The notes beneath the pieces were generated by a model, which ran no database searches, was not told the DNA's origin, and was given only the letters and a program-made list of their open reading frames with translations. A DNA stretch of 63,517 nt, filler included, from Choristocarpus tenellus KU-1152 (taxonomy: Eukaryota; Protista; Phaeophyceae), in assembly GCA_964200185.2 (NCBI GenBank). It is 14 parts of 14 records of this genome, joined end to end, with 100 filler letters (N's around TTAATTAATTAA, not from the genome) between each part and the next. Parts side by side here need not be neighbours in the genome. Positions count along the whole stretch, not along the records: positions 51,783 to 56,719 come from CAXNAD020012460.1; positions 56,820 to 60,293 come from CAXNAD020019795.1; positions 60,394 to 63,517 come from CAXNAD020022149.1; 11 more parts are not named here. One strand, written 5' to 3'. A program made the translations under genes and the position numbers. This document shows positions 51,683-63,517 of this stretch, piece by piece. Each line of letters starts with the position of its first letter. Within the stretch, counting starts at the first letter, position 1.

Positions 51683-53482
51683 NNNNNNNNNNNNNNNNNN
51701 NNNNNNNNNNNNNNNNNNNNNNNNNNTTAATTAATTAANNNNNNNNNNNNNNNNNNNNNNNNNNNNNNNNNNNNNNNNNNNNCCCCCCAGATACTTTGAC
51801 CCTTACATTTCCATCCATTCTTCCCACATTCAGCAAAGGGGATCGTGTGGGGTTTCACTCCTTCTTGTCTTCACTACTGATTAATAGCATTACCTCCCAA
51901 GGTAAATTACACAAGGGCCACCAACCAACCCCAACTCTATGCATCAATATATCTCGAAGGAAGCAACTTATGTTTTAACACCATAGCCATGAAGCTTGCA
52001 ATGAGAGGTTGTATGATCGTATACCATGCAGATCGATATAATGCAATGTCAGTCATTGGACTACACTGGGGAACCATACTACTGGACAGACCCCAACGGT
52101 CGACATAAGTTGGTGGTACTGAAAAGCATCTAGGAATTACATAGGGAGTAGTTTATGTCTCACCCCTCATGATAATGTTGCTGGTTGTGAGAGAGTTTTC
52201 GGACGAGGGAGAGGTTAAATGCTGAAGGGGGAAGGCACGAAGATAATGTTGGATCAAGATACCTGCACCCCCAAATAAATTACTTGCAGCCTGGCCCTGA
52301 TTACAGCTCTTATCATAGCTTGCCTATGGTTGTTTTGCTCACCCCCTGATCTTGGACTGGAGCAAAGGCTATCACAGGCCGTAACCTGAAAATCGGTGAT
52401 AAAAAAAGGAAAGAGAACGAATGGACATGGGAGCATGAACGGACAACATCAGTGAGCATGTGATCTAAGTTGGAACCTGGTCTATTCAAACGCACGATAA
52501 AGCAGGACACAAGGCAAAGTGATCAGATCTCTCATATGTAAGCCTCAAGATCATTCCCCCACCTGAGGGTGACATTGGAACCATGGTTTGGAGCGCTGGC
52601 ATCTCAACAGCCACTCATCATGTGTTTATGATGCGGGAGAAATATAAAACATGGTCTTGAGGGCCCGTTCGTCGATGAGCTGGTAACCAATATACCAACA
52701 CAGAAGCCACAGTCATGTCGATAAATCCCAAGATGCCACCACACCTGCAGATGTTATAGAAGGCAATCGAATTCACACGCGTAATATGCCATGCCCGACA
52801 TAATATGCCTAAGAGGCTCATAGTCGCATAAGGAAAATTCGATGAGCCATCCAAAGTTACTATCCCCCTTTCTGGAGGAAAAATGCCTAGGAGTTTCGTG
52901 ATAGGGCTGCCATGTTACAGCACCGAGATAAGATATCCTTACTACTAGGATGATGTGGTTTCAATGCTCAATAATACGGGAGGTAGATATAACACGTTGA
53001 AGGATATGGTCAATCAATCGTAAATAACTGTATCACTGATTTCGATTATCACAGGATAATAGCAAGACTAACCAACCCATGACGTAGATGGGGGGTTGGG
53101 AGACTCAGGACTTGAACGAAATAATTATACGAAGTAAAATTCCAACAAGTCGAACACGTTAAATCTAGGAATTCGATTTCATAATTTACGAAACTAACAT
53201 ATAGAACCTTCGCTGTAACAATGGGTATGTGTAGCTATCATCACACTACCCCCCTCTTATTCTATGTATTGTCATGCCGCTCTTCTCCACTTCTCTTAAA
53301 TCTCCGTAGTTGTTTGAAGAGAGATACAAATAACCTGTTGTGTTTAATGAACATGGTTCTAACAGTATTTCTGACTAGATCGTATAGCTCACCATCGTGC
53401 CATGTAGTTCGCTACAAAGATGCTACTCAACTATTGTTAATACTTACGTATCCCAGTACCTACCTCTGACCACGGTGACTTC

Positions 53483-53733
53483 GAGTGAAAGTATCTTAGA
53501 GGGTACGCGTTTTTCCCTGTTTGTCCATTTGGGGCTTGGTTCCCATATTTTTTATAATGTCATTTTCCTACTCCGAAATATTTCAGAGTAGGTGAAATGT
53601 ATGCTTTTTTGGAGTAGGCATATGTCCGGAACAAGGATATTGACAAACACGATATCCAAAATTACATGAAGATCGCAAGATTGGATTTTGGTCACAAATG
53701 CATGCGATTCTACCCTCTAAGATACTTTGACTC
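53483..53733 (+). mobile_element. MITE family B, 251 bp, TSD TTC
   Basis: GAGTGAAAGTATCTTAGAGGGTA / TACCCTCTAAGATACTTTGACTC. Confidence 0.92.
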
Positions 53734-56700
53734 TTCGTTTAGTGGGTCCCTGTAATCGTGCGTCTACTACCCAGACAAAAAGACGATGATCCATCTCACC
53801 CTATATCAAAGAGGTCCTTGCACCATTAAATATTTATGAAGCTCTGCTCCGTTCCACAATCATTTTTGTTCGCAACAGCTCCTAGAGTTTTCTGCTATTA
53901 TTGTTTAAACTGTTTTGATCAGTTACGTAAGACACAAAACAGGATAACACAAAGGAGAGAGTGCGAACACAAGAGCAGAGGGGATGGTGAAACCGTGCCA
54001 GAGATCGGGAGGGCTATATTAAGACAGGCAACCGTAAGACAGTCCAGAGTGCTTCGCAAGGACCCGTCTAGTAGAATAGAAACGTAGGGGAAGAACCAAT
54101 CTCCCTCCTCTCTCTTTGCATACGCGTGAAAACACACACACGTACAGCAGTAACAATAGCAAGAGTAACGATAAGAGCAGCCCTTCAGTTGCCAGGCGTA
54201 GGTACGTGTTCTTTCCTATAAAGGTATAGAAATAGGACATGGCAGGATGGATACATCACATTGGCTCAATGCATTACCTCGACTCTCCTACAACGCACAC
54301 AAAAGATGTTGCTTTATAGTGCCAACTTTCCTTCATGTCATTTTGGCGTAACTTCCCTAGACGTACACATATCTATTATACGCATGAATAATAATAATAA
54401 TAATATTTGTGATGACAGAGATATGAGAGATAGCTCTGTCGAAGTAAAACCTCCCTGAGTAATTTCGTAGAGAGCAACTAAAACAATATTCAAGAGTCTT
54501 ACGGAAACCTTTGGGCAATATCTTTGTTAATATTTCGTGACCAAGTCCCTCAAAACCTTCGTTGTGAGAGGTAATTGTCTGCATGTACATCGTTCACTAC
54601 AATACCAGAAAATTGGAAACAAGAGGGTAGGTTGACATGTCGCAACCTACGTGGAAATCTGGAGAGAGGCTGCTGCATGGCAGGATAAAGGTTATTCCCA
54701 TAAAAAAAATGTCCGGAATACATGCAACATAGTTTGGGGTTTAGAGAACCTCACACTGTCTGCTAGTGACCATGTTTGTGTAGACATCCAAGTATGTTGT
54801 CATCCAATGGGACGAGTGGCATCCTAGTAAGTTCGTTATCTACTGATCAATGGATGCTGTCGGTCACAATTCTAGTAAGGAGGAGAATAGCCTAAAGTTG
54901 GCAAGGCTATTCATCTATAGCACCTGGTATACTTGAAGCTTCCTTGCATATTAGAATCGAGGATTTTAGCTATGAGTTGAAAGGTAAGGAGTGACCTTCA
55001 GAGTGAGAAAATTGGAAACATTTCTGCAGAGATTGAGTCGTTATTTAGTGGTGTTTTACAATCTCTACAGAGTAAGCCCCAACAATAACACACTGTTTTG
55101 GCAGGCAACGAAGTATATGATAAGCCCATAGGGCCAAAGGAAGATTTTGGGTGAGCTGGGCCTCAGCGTGGTGCACTAGGAAGCCCTCAGTTCCCTCACA
55201 GTAGTCTCTCTTTTCCCTCCACTTCATCAGGGATGCGGACTATTTCGACACCAATCTACCAGTCTTGTGCATCTACTCCTTTCTATCAGCATAAGTTTCC
55301 AGACTTGTACCCTTCACTCCTACTTACCATATTTCCTTTGCCCATCATCGTATCATCCCTTTTTCAAAATAGTGCAGTCCCTGTTCATATCGTAGTGAAG
55401 ACAATCACATGAGTCTGTACCAATTTTTTTCTAATCCACCTACTACCCCCCACCCAATTCTCCACCAACCCAAAGTCCACCCGAACAAGGTGTGCAAGGA
55501 CAATTGCGCAATCCCATGGGTGCTACAATGGTTTGAACGTGACTGGTTCCAAACGACCAACAAACACACTAATCTCTAAAGCCCAGCAACAGCAGTGGCG
55601 TGGGAAATACGACACTCAACCAGCCTGATAACAAAATGGGTCCAAGGAAGGTGTCTAACACCCACCTTGACAATTGTGTTTATTATTAATCTGACTGTTC
55701 CAAGGTCTTGGTTTTTCCACCAACAAAGTATGCCAGTTGCCGTCAGTGCATCCCCCCCCTGCTCCCCCCTTACTTTACTCCTGAGTGATGTGTGAGGATT
55801 GCCCAACCTGCTATCTTTCCTCATTCTTGGCAGCTAAATTCCTTTTAAGTTCACGTTTATTTTAACTCTACCACAGCGCACACAATACTCCACTCCCATT
55901 GAAAAAAGAAAAGCTCAAAAGCTCTATATATTGAAGGAACATACTGCAGCATCACTTGTTCTTGCACATATACCTGGGAAGGTTATGACGAAAGAAGAGC
56001 AACGGTGATGGGCAGCATTATTGGGATGGAGGTGGACACTTGTGCAGCCAAAGAAATGCCAAGCAGAGAGTGTAAAGTTTTGCACTGGCAATGGCGGTTA
56101 ATGGATTCATAATCGGAGGTACTCTCCAATGTACAGCATAGAAAATTGAAGCCCCCTATCGTTACCACTAATGTATGAAGATCCAAGCATGAATACCTTG
56201 ACACATAGCACGAAGACATTGCATTCAAATGTATCTCCTCTGTGGTTTGGAGTGAATTGAGATCGGGATATGCGCATGGCTATACACAAAGTAAGAGCAA
56301 ACAGGAGGTACCCAGAGTTGCATTTTTTGAATGCTGACAAGTATGTGCCAGTATTAGCTTTTTAATGCAATTTTCATATGATACTTTCTGAATTGTGTTG
56401 GAAAAGTTTTGATCGATACAGAAATAGACGCAATCAAGTCAAAACTTAGAACTTCACACCCATATAGAAATATGGACAAACCGCAATAGATTGAACAACA
56501 CATTTAAAGAGCAAAACGGCTGCAGCCCGGGTACCTCTCGTTTAGTCTGCTTCACAATGAGGTAGCTTGTTGAGTTGGGTCAAAGTATCTGGGGTGGGGG
56601 GTGTCGGTGTCCGTTTTTCACCCTTTTTTTGATTTTCACTTTTTTTTGTGTGATTTGGTCGCACGTGTTGGATTTGAAATGTCAGAAAAAAAAAGAGTTG

Positions 56701-56973
56701 TTTGACCGAAACGGATGTCNNNNNNNNNNNNNNNNNNNNNNNNNNNNNNNNNNNNNNNNNNNNTTAATTAATTAANNNNNNNNNNNNNNNNNNNNNNNNN
56801 NNNNNNNNNNNNNNNNNNNTCCCGATCAAAACCAAACACGATCTTAGGGAAGGAGAACACCACAGGGGGGGGGGGGGGGGGCTACAATGACTTGCAACAA
56901 AAGAGGCAAACTACGTGTCACAGCAGCACACTAACAACCAAGTGTGTCCACATCTTATGCTGATGCACACCAC

Positions 56974-57905
56974 CTCCTTAGATCCCCCATTGAGACCATG
57001 AAGGACGAGGTAGAATGGACGGGAGACATCCAGGCCTCCATTAGGAAGGGAGTAATCCAGTGCCACTGCTTCCTTTGCTTCCATGCCATCCTTCTGGTCC
57101 AGATCCTGCCCCCCTGCCCCAGTCTGCTCCGCCTGCCCTCCATTTGCAGATTCATGTATGTTAGCATGGAAGCAACCGGGGTATCCCGCATTAACGGCTA
57201 GCCATCGTCGAGTGTAATTGACGTCCTCGTGCCTAAAGGCAACAAAGGGGTACATGGTAGCCATGTCACCATCAAACATCCAAGGAGTGCCTGGAGATGG
57301 TCAGGTTTTGTGGGTGTAGCAGTGAGTGAGGTGAACACACTCTCGATAGAGGTGCATCATGCCCACCCGGTCACGGGGTGGTCACAATGAGTTCCGCATC
57401 TTAGCGTTTGGGACATACACATGGAAGGGAACATCTCTTGTTGTGCCTGCTCTTGAAACTAGAAACTCATTTCCTGTCCTGAGACAAAGCCAAAGACTGC
57501 AAAATAGTAGAGCGGGTGTCGATTCGACTGTTCCATCTCACCTTTGTAATGTGGAGGGTTTAAGGCAGGAACCCTCTCAATGATAGCCTTGTTACGGGGA
57601 CTTTGCTGGCAAAACAGGCCTGGTGTGAGCTTTGGCTTCCTACCGAGATATGCCCTTTGAAAATGTTCATCACCCACTATCAGTGAAGAAAGAAGCAACA
57701 CCCCAATGGTGGCACATAGTCCAGGGAAGAATCTGAGAAGCAACATTTTGCAGGTATTTTTTAAAGTGAAAGCACAATCCAGGAGACATGCAAGCAAGCC
57801 TGTGTAATACAGTACATAGTTACCCCTGAAGAGGGTGTACGAGGAGTTGGTATAATGAGAGATGACGACTCGAGCCTCGCAATCCGACTTTTTCTCTCCT
57901 GCCAT
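56974..57905 (-). CDS. Alpha/beta hydrolase (ABHD1/3, YheT-like), 5' exons ~57905-57542 and 57290-56974
   Basis: YKGTPWMFDGDMATMY, YTRRWL, VALDY, LVLHGLNGGSKE; phase-1 intron joins in frame. Confidence 0.85.
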
Positions 57906-59384
57906 AGAGCTCAGAGTCGTAGCACTCGACTCTAACTCATGCTATGAGGAATTGGTCGACTAATGATCTGAGCAGTTACAACATTTTCAAGTGCAGGGAG
58001 CAGTGAGTATTCATGTACTATTCAAAGTGTGTTGAAGAAAAGATCCTACTTCCTACCCCCTCAGCCAGCTCTGCGTCGATTCATCTCTCCTGTATCTGGA
58101 AGTGTAGGTATCAGATCTGTTGGCGTCTGTTTGATTGCGATCAGGTGCAACTCCCCTATACAACGAAGCCATGCCCACGACTCACGGGGGGAACCGCACA
58201 CTGCACTCACCCAAGGCAGGCTGCCGTGAAAAAAGCCATAACAAGATATGGTCGCACGAGGTAAAGAAGGAGTCGACATACCGTTATCAAAACAGGTTGG
58301 ATGGACGCCCACGAGTTGATGCTAAACCGAGAGCGACCCTTACTAAGGCCAAACGAATGAAAATTATAGAGGACGCAATGACAGGAGTGGAGGGTTGTGG
58401 ATTGGGAGGGGCACGATAGTGAAGCATATATCAGCCACGTCACACAGGTGTGATAGGAGACTGTTCAACAAAAACAGTAAATATCTTTATCTGTCGGAAC
58501 CCAAATCACAAAAATGGTTGTAACAGTTACACTGGATTCGCCAGTAACGAAGTGAAGTAAGTCGATGGCAGATGTAGGCATAAATGGGCAATTGATGGTG
58601 ATTAACTTAGAGAGAGGTGGAACAGGTGTCGAGGATAGAGTTGGGTAGCTTCACCTTTGATCCTTGTCTACGCGACACTGGTCACTACGAGGATAGTGCG
58701 AAGTGGTGAGCAGTTCGAGTCGTAAAGTGAAACTTCGTCCGGCCTCTATGACCTCTAGGAAAGGGAGTTCTCCGCCTGCACCCATTATTCAAGTTTGAGA
58801 CAGGACAATGAATTGTGTACAACAAGGTTGTATTATATAATAGTAATATAATATTGAGAAGTCAAACCCTAACCCGAACGAGAAATTCAAAATTCGAAGA
58901 GGTAAAAAGATCGCCCTCTAGCTCATTGGCTACGAGATTTGTATTCCCTTGTAGGAATGGAGAGTTAATGAATGGAGAGTTAATGATATATTGTAGCAAA
59001 ACTTGTTCCGATTTACTCTACTATTTTTATATTATTATTATGCCCTCTGACATTTTGCAGATGTGTCAGGGGGAAACCAATGAAAACTATATACATGTGT
59101 GTATATTTACTCTACTATTGTATGCAAAGTCCCCTCGCTAACTAGCAAGTATTACTTACAGAGGGGAGTTTGTATGAAACTTGTTGTGAATAAAGAAAGT
59201 CTAATAATGAGAGCTTTAATTAATAATGAGAGCTTTCATTATATAATTTGATAATTGAGGAATGTTTCCATAATACCTAATAAAATTATTGGCAACGTAG
59301 TAATTTTGATCATGAAATATAATTTTTGAGGTATTTCTTCCAAAGTACACCTACCTACAAAGTATGCTGTACTACTCAAATAAA

Positions 59385-60230
59385 CCCCTCCTTGCCCATC
59401 TCCCTAGTGACTCAAGCTTAAAGCGCATGACCTGTCTAGATAGGGCAACTTGATTGTGACTGAGACTATCTGGTGTAGGCGGGATTTGACGGCACCTTTC
59501 TGCTGTAGCCTCCAGCTCCTCTCCCCTCTCCCACGTGTGTAGCTAGCTCATCCAGGAAACGTCCTGCTTGTTTACCGAGGCGCCCAAAACTTTCCACTGT
59601 GAAGATGTTGAGGTTATAACTACGAGGGTCAATAGAGCCCTAGTAGTGGGTGTGCTTTCGCGCCTCAACTGCAGCAGCAGCTACACCATTGCTGGTGAAT
59701 GAGTGTGGGAGGTGGGAGGTTGCCTGTACTTCCACAAACACAACATCGAGTAGAAGGTCTTTGTCCTGGTAGGGGGCTGATCCTGCATCTGCGAGGGCCC
59801 CTGCATGAAAGACTAGATCCGTGCGGAAATCATTGTCAACTGTGAAGGGGCTACCATCCTCCGTAGTGCAAGGGATGCCCATCCCCTTGCATAGTTGGCT
59901 GAGTCGTTTCACGAGAGGGGTGTGTTGTCACACCTGGCCTCCTGCCCTGGGGCAGATACGGGCATGTCTGGTGTCGACATTTTGCCTCCTGCACCCAATC
60001 ACTGGGCACCTGTTTGACAGGGCTTCCTCCCTCCCTAGGGATCTGCTGGCTGTGAGTTGAATTCTGCGAGGGGGATCTGGCATGCCGACTCCAGGGGTAG
60101 CATTGAGGCCATGCATTTCCTCCTTGTCCATGCTGTCTCCGGTGGTGTGCTAGGGCTAGTGAGGAGCTTTCCTTTCCCTGTTGTGCTTCATTTGGAAGGC
60201 TGGCCAGTTGTGTCTGGAAGGTGTTAAAGT
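59385..60230 (-). mobile_element. Second CRE-like LINE copy (CCHC and RLE region)
   Basis: CPVIGC..NVDTRHARIC, TTEDGSPF...RTDLVF...LLLDV...EARKHTHY; colinear with 47320-48110. Confidence 0.88.
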
Positions 60231-60873
60231 ATACCCAAAATCATCAAAGAGGATAAAGGTGATAAACCCGACGAGATTGCTTGGTGTCTGTAGNNNNNNN
60301 NNNNNNNNNNNNNNNNNNNNNNNNNNNNNNNNNNNNNTTAATTAATTAANNNNNNNNNNNNNNNNNNNNNNNNNNNNNNNNNNNNNNNNNNNNAGGATAT
60401 TTGTCTGTTTTTTTTGTGTACTTTTTGTTTTGAATGTATTTTGTAACTAACGTTTTTCCTCACACGGTCTAATTATCAAATTAGCAAGCATCCTATCTTG
60501 TTCTTTGAGTTTTCTGTAGTTTGCTTAGTTATCTCTTGGAAATTTTATGTTTGTAAGTGTTATTTTTATTTTGTAGGCCAATTTTATATGTATATATATA
60601 GTGGTGAGTTACCTTCTTTTGTGCAGTACTTTGTCAATACGTAGAACGTATTTTTTTTATTATTCTAGTCCATTAAATATTTTTTATCAATGTATGGTTA
60701 AGTTTCGTTATAGGATATATGTATATATCATGTATATATCATGTATAGTCACTAGTGCTTCCTACTTGTTTGTATGTGTAGTCACTTTCTGCTAGTGCCT
60801 TCATTGAACTCCCAATGTCTGTTCCTAACCCTAACCCTGATGGATTTACTTTTTGTCCACATTTTTCCGTCAG

Positions 60874-63027
60874 ATTTTTCAAAGGAGGCAGCACTGCGGC
60901 TACGGACATGTACAAACCTTGGGTTAGGGTTAGGGTTAGTTGGGTATGTCAATCTTTCTGATAACAATTGGGTTAATCCTCCTGGTGAGGTTGTGGAAGG
61001 TGGTCTGGAGGCAATTCTTAGTTATCATGAGAATGTTCTGGAGGAGGGGTTGGTTCAGCAACCCCATAAAGCACAGGATGACATGGTGCTGCATGGACTA
61101 GGTGGTGATCAGGGGTGCTTGGAAGACCAAAAGGATAGCGTGGATGAGAAGCGCGATGTATATGGCAGTGACAGTGAATGTGGTAAGCTTATAGATGTGC
61201 ATCTATGATACTAACCTAACCCTAATACGTTTTGATTTTTTTTCACTTGGCAAGAATATTCTATACTCAGCAATTCCATCTTATTGTTTTGAATACTGTC
61301 ATCTGCATGTATAGATGTACATCTATGATACCAACATATATCTAATGTGTAGATGTACATGTATGATACTAACGAAGAAATCTCTCGAGACCTTTTTTGT
61401 CCTCAATAAACATGATAGTGCTTTTCTTCTATCCATTTTGTTCAGGATAGATGTAACTCTAACCCCATCTTTCTGGATCCTTATATTTGGTGTTGCCAGT
61501 GGTATGTTTGTCACATGGATACCAATTTTCCTTAGTGTCCTTTTGTTATTTTATCAACTTACTTCTAGTTAAGAATAGTAGTCAATTGTGAACTCTGTGA
61601 CCTTTAGTGTTTGTAACCCTAATCCTAACCAATTACACTTTCTTTTTGCTGACAAGGAAATTCCTTCACTTATCACTCTGGGGTTATTATCGCTTGGTAA
61701 TGTCACATTTTGTATAATCTGATCATGTGATGTAATTTTCCAGGTGTTTCGAGAGAGGGCCCGTTTAAGGACATCAATGATGTTAAAAAAACTTTTTGCA
61801 GCGAGTGCAGAAAGGTGTTGTCTGAATTGGAGGATATTAGTCAAGAATGTCCTTCAACTTCTGTTTCCGAGTCAGTGAAGGAACTGGTCACTTTGGTGGA
61901 GGAGGATTTGCTGTGTACAATGGAAACAGATGAAGATGTGAGTGTAGTGTTTGTGTAAGAATCCAAAGGCAATGCATATTTTTTATGTTTTTATTGACTT
62001 CAATGTTGTTAAACAATGGTGTGATGACGTATATTGTGATGATGGTGGGATGAGAGGAATTGTGTCAATTCTCCTAGAGATGGAAATATCGCAAGTTCGT
62101 CAGTTGTGAATCGCGTAAAGTGAAATTTTTATATTTGCTAACGTAGAGAAAAAATATATTTTATTTTTGTTGCATTGGGTACATTTAAATAGATGAAACT
62201 TCTTAGTTGTAGTTGAGGTATTTTGTTCTCCTGTTGAGGTTTTGTCGCTGTCTTAGGTCAAGTTGTTCCATTTTTATGACAGTGCATCATTTTTATGTGG
62301 GTGAGGAAAATTTGATAGTTGTAGACTTTAATGTAGTTGGGAGATATGTCTTTGTTTTGAACCTTGACCTGAGATTGTAAGCGTATCCCAAACCCTGCAC
62401 TTCCTTCCTCTAGGGTTAGGATTCTAAATTTTTGTTGTGTAATTAGTGCATATTTCTTGGTAATGTGTACAGATATTTACACAGTTTTTGTTGCAATTCA
62501 GAATATTTAAAATCATTTTTTATTTTTATTTTGTTGAAATAGTAACAAAAAACCAAGGGTGTGTTTCACAAGGTTGATATGTAGACATGACTTTGTTCTG
62601 GGTATAATGTTCTGATGCTATAAGGAAGAACTTGTTAAGATAGAGGTGAGGGTGAAGTTTTTTGAGAATGAATCCAAATGAATTGCTGAGGTTGTAACTC
62701 CTAGGTGACAAAGGAGAGGTTGATGACAATGGCTATCATTGACTGTAGTAGTCTCCAATCAGTTGTGGTGGAAAGTAGATACTTTGGAAAGGTTTGTGTG
62801 AGAAAGTTGGTTACACATGTAAAATGACTTTCTGATTTTGCTTACTCTGTTTATTTTGTACCACCACCACTTTTGTACTGAGGCATTCCATTACTATTAT
62901 TGCATTGGTTATGTGACATACTTCCAATTTTATCTCAAAATTAATATTTTTGTGACAGGTTCCTTGCAAATGGGTACAAGATGGGATCTCAACTTCCTTG
63001 AATCATTGGCTGAAGATGATGCTTGAG
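60874..63027 (+). CDS. Spliced gene of unknown function, putative exons 60874-61182, 61744-61937 and 62959-63027
   Basis: Three AG/GT-bounded open segments with compatible phases (1,1,0) in AT-rich DNA; no known domain. Confidence 0.5.
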
Positions 63028-63517
63028 GTTAGTTCTGAAGCCAGTGGAATCTATGTTGGGAATGTTGGACCCCTGTTTGGTTATGTATTAAATATATCAT
63101 TTCTTGTTTTTGTTGACCCTTTTTTGTCCTCTTGATAACCATCATGTGAACAATGGTATGTACTTTTTTTCATCATGTACCCTGTCCCCTCCTTTTACCT
63201 TGTACCTACCACATCATCAAAGTTAACATTGTTTTTGAAAGTTAAATAGTTAGGTTTAGGGTTGGGGTACTCTGATGTCTACATTGCCGATTGTCCCTTG
63301 GGCAAGAGCCAACTTACCTGGATGATAACCTAAAGATGTTAAGAAAGTTAATGACGATGGTGGAAGGTTTGCCAGGCATCTGTTAGGTAAACAGAGTAAT
63401 ATTGTTGTTATATCAGGTTGTGTAAAGACCATCTTCACTAAACCTTTGGTGCAAGCTCAAAGTATTTCTGGGGGGGGGGGGGGGGGGGGGTGTGTTTTGT
63501 TTTTTTTTTTTTTTTTT

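Noticed and set aside
51090-51734. 214-aa ORF with VSGVGLIEV repeats
   Set aside because: Translation of a 27-bp minisatellite whose period is a multiple of three; the paralogous locus does not conserve the protein.
52455-52500. Possible tRNA/SINE B-box on the minus strand
   Set aside because: No A-box, cloverleaf or second copy was found.

Overview
Eukaryotic, TE-rich DNA. It is most likely a photosynthetic stramenopile such as a brown alga, inferred from a bipartite plastid presequence with an A|F motif, long GT-AG introns and TTAGGG repeats. The window is not contiguous: 14 short contigs are joined by 13 artificial 100-bp linkers (N44-TTAATTAATTAA-N44), so neighbourhood across linkers means nothing. 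Host gene fragments: LSD1/PAO-type amine oxidase, RCC1-repeat protein, DCP1, SRPBCC/START protein, plastid-targeted thioredoxin (WCRSC), TPR protein, probable O-fucosyltransferase, bacterial-type aldo/keto reductase, ABHD/YheT hydrolase, and two unknown spliced (pseudo)genes. Mobile DNA: two Copia remnants, two plant-type mariner transposase pseudogenes, CRE-like RLE non-LTR retrotransposons with many solo 3' ends, a hAT-like MITE and a minisatellite-bearing dispersed repeat. The most notable items are about 20 MITE copies from four families that share G(A/G)(G/C)YCAAAG termini and show both 3-bp and 4-bp target-site duplications, and short segments bracketed by outward-facing telomeric repeats.
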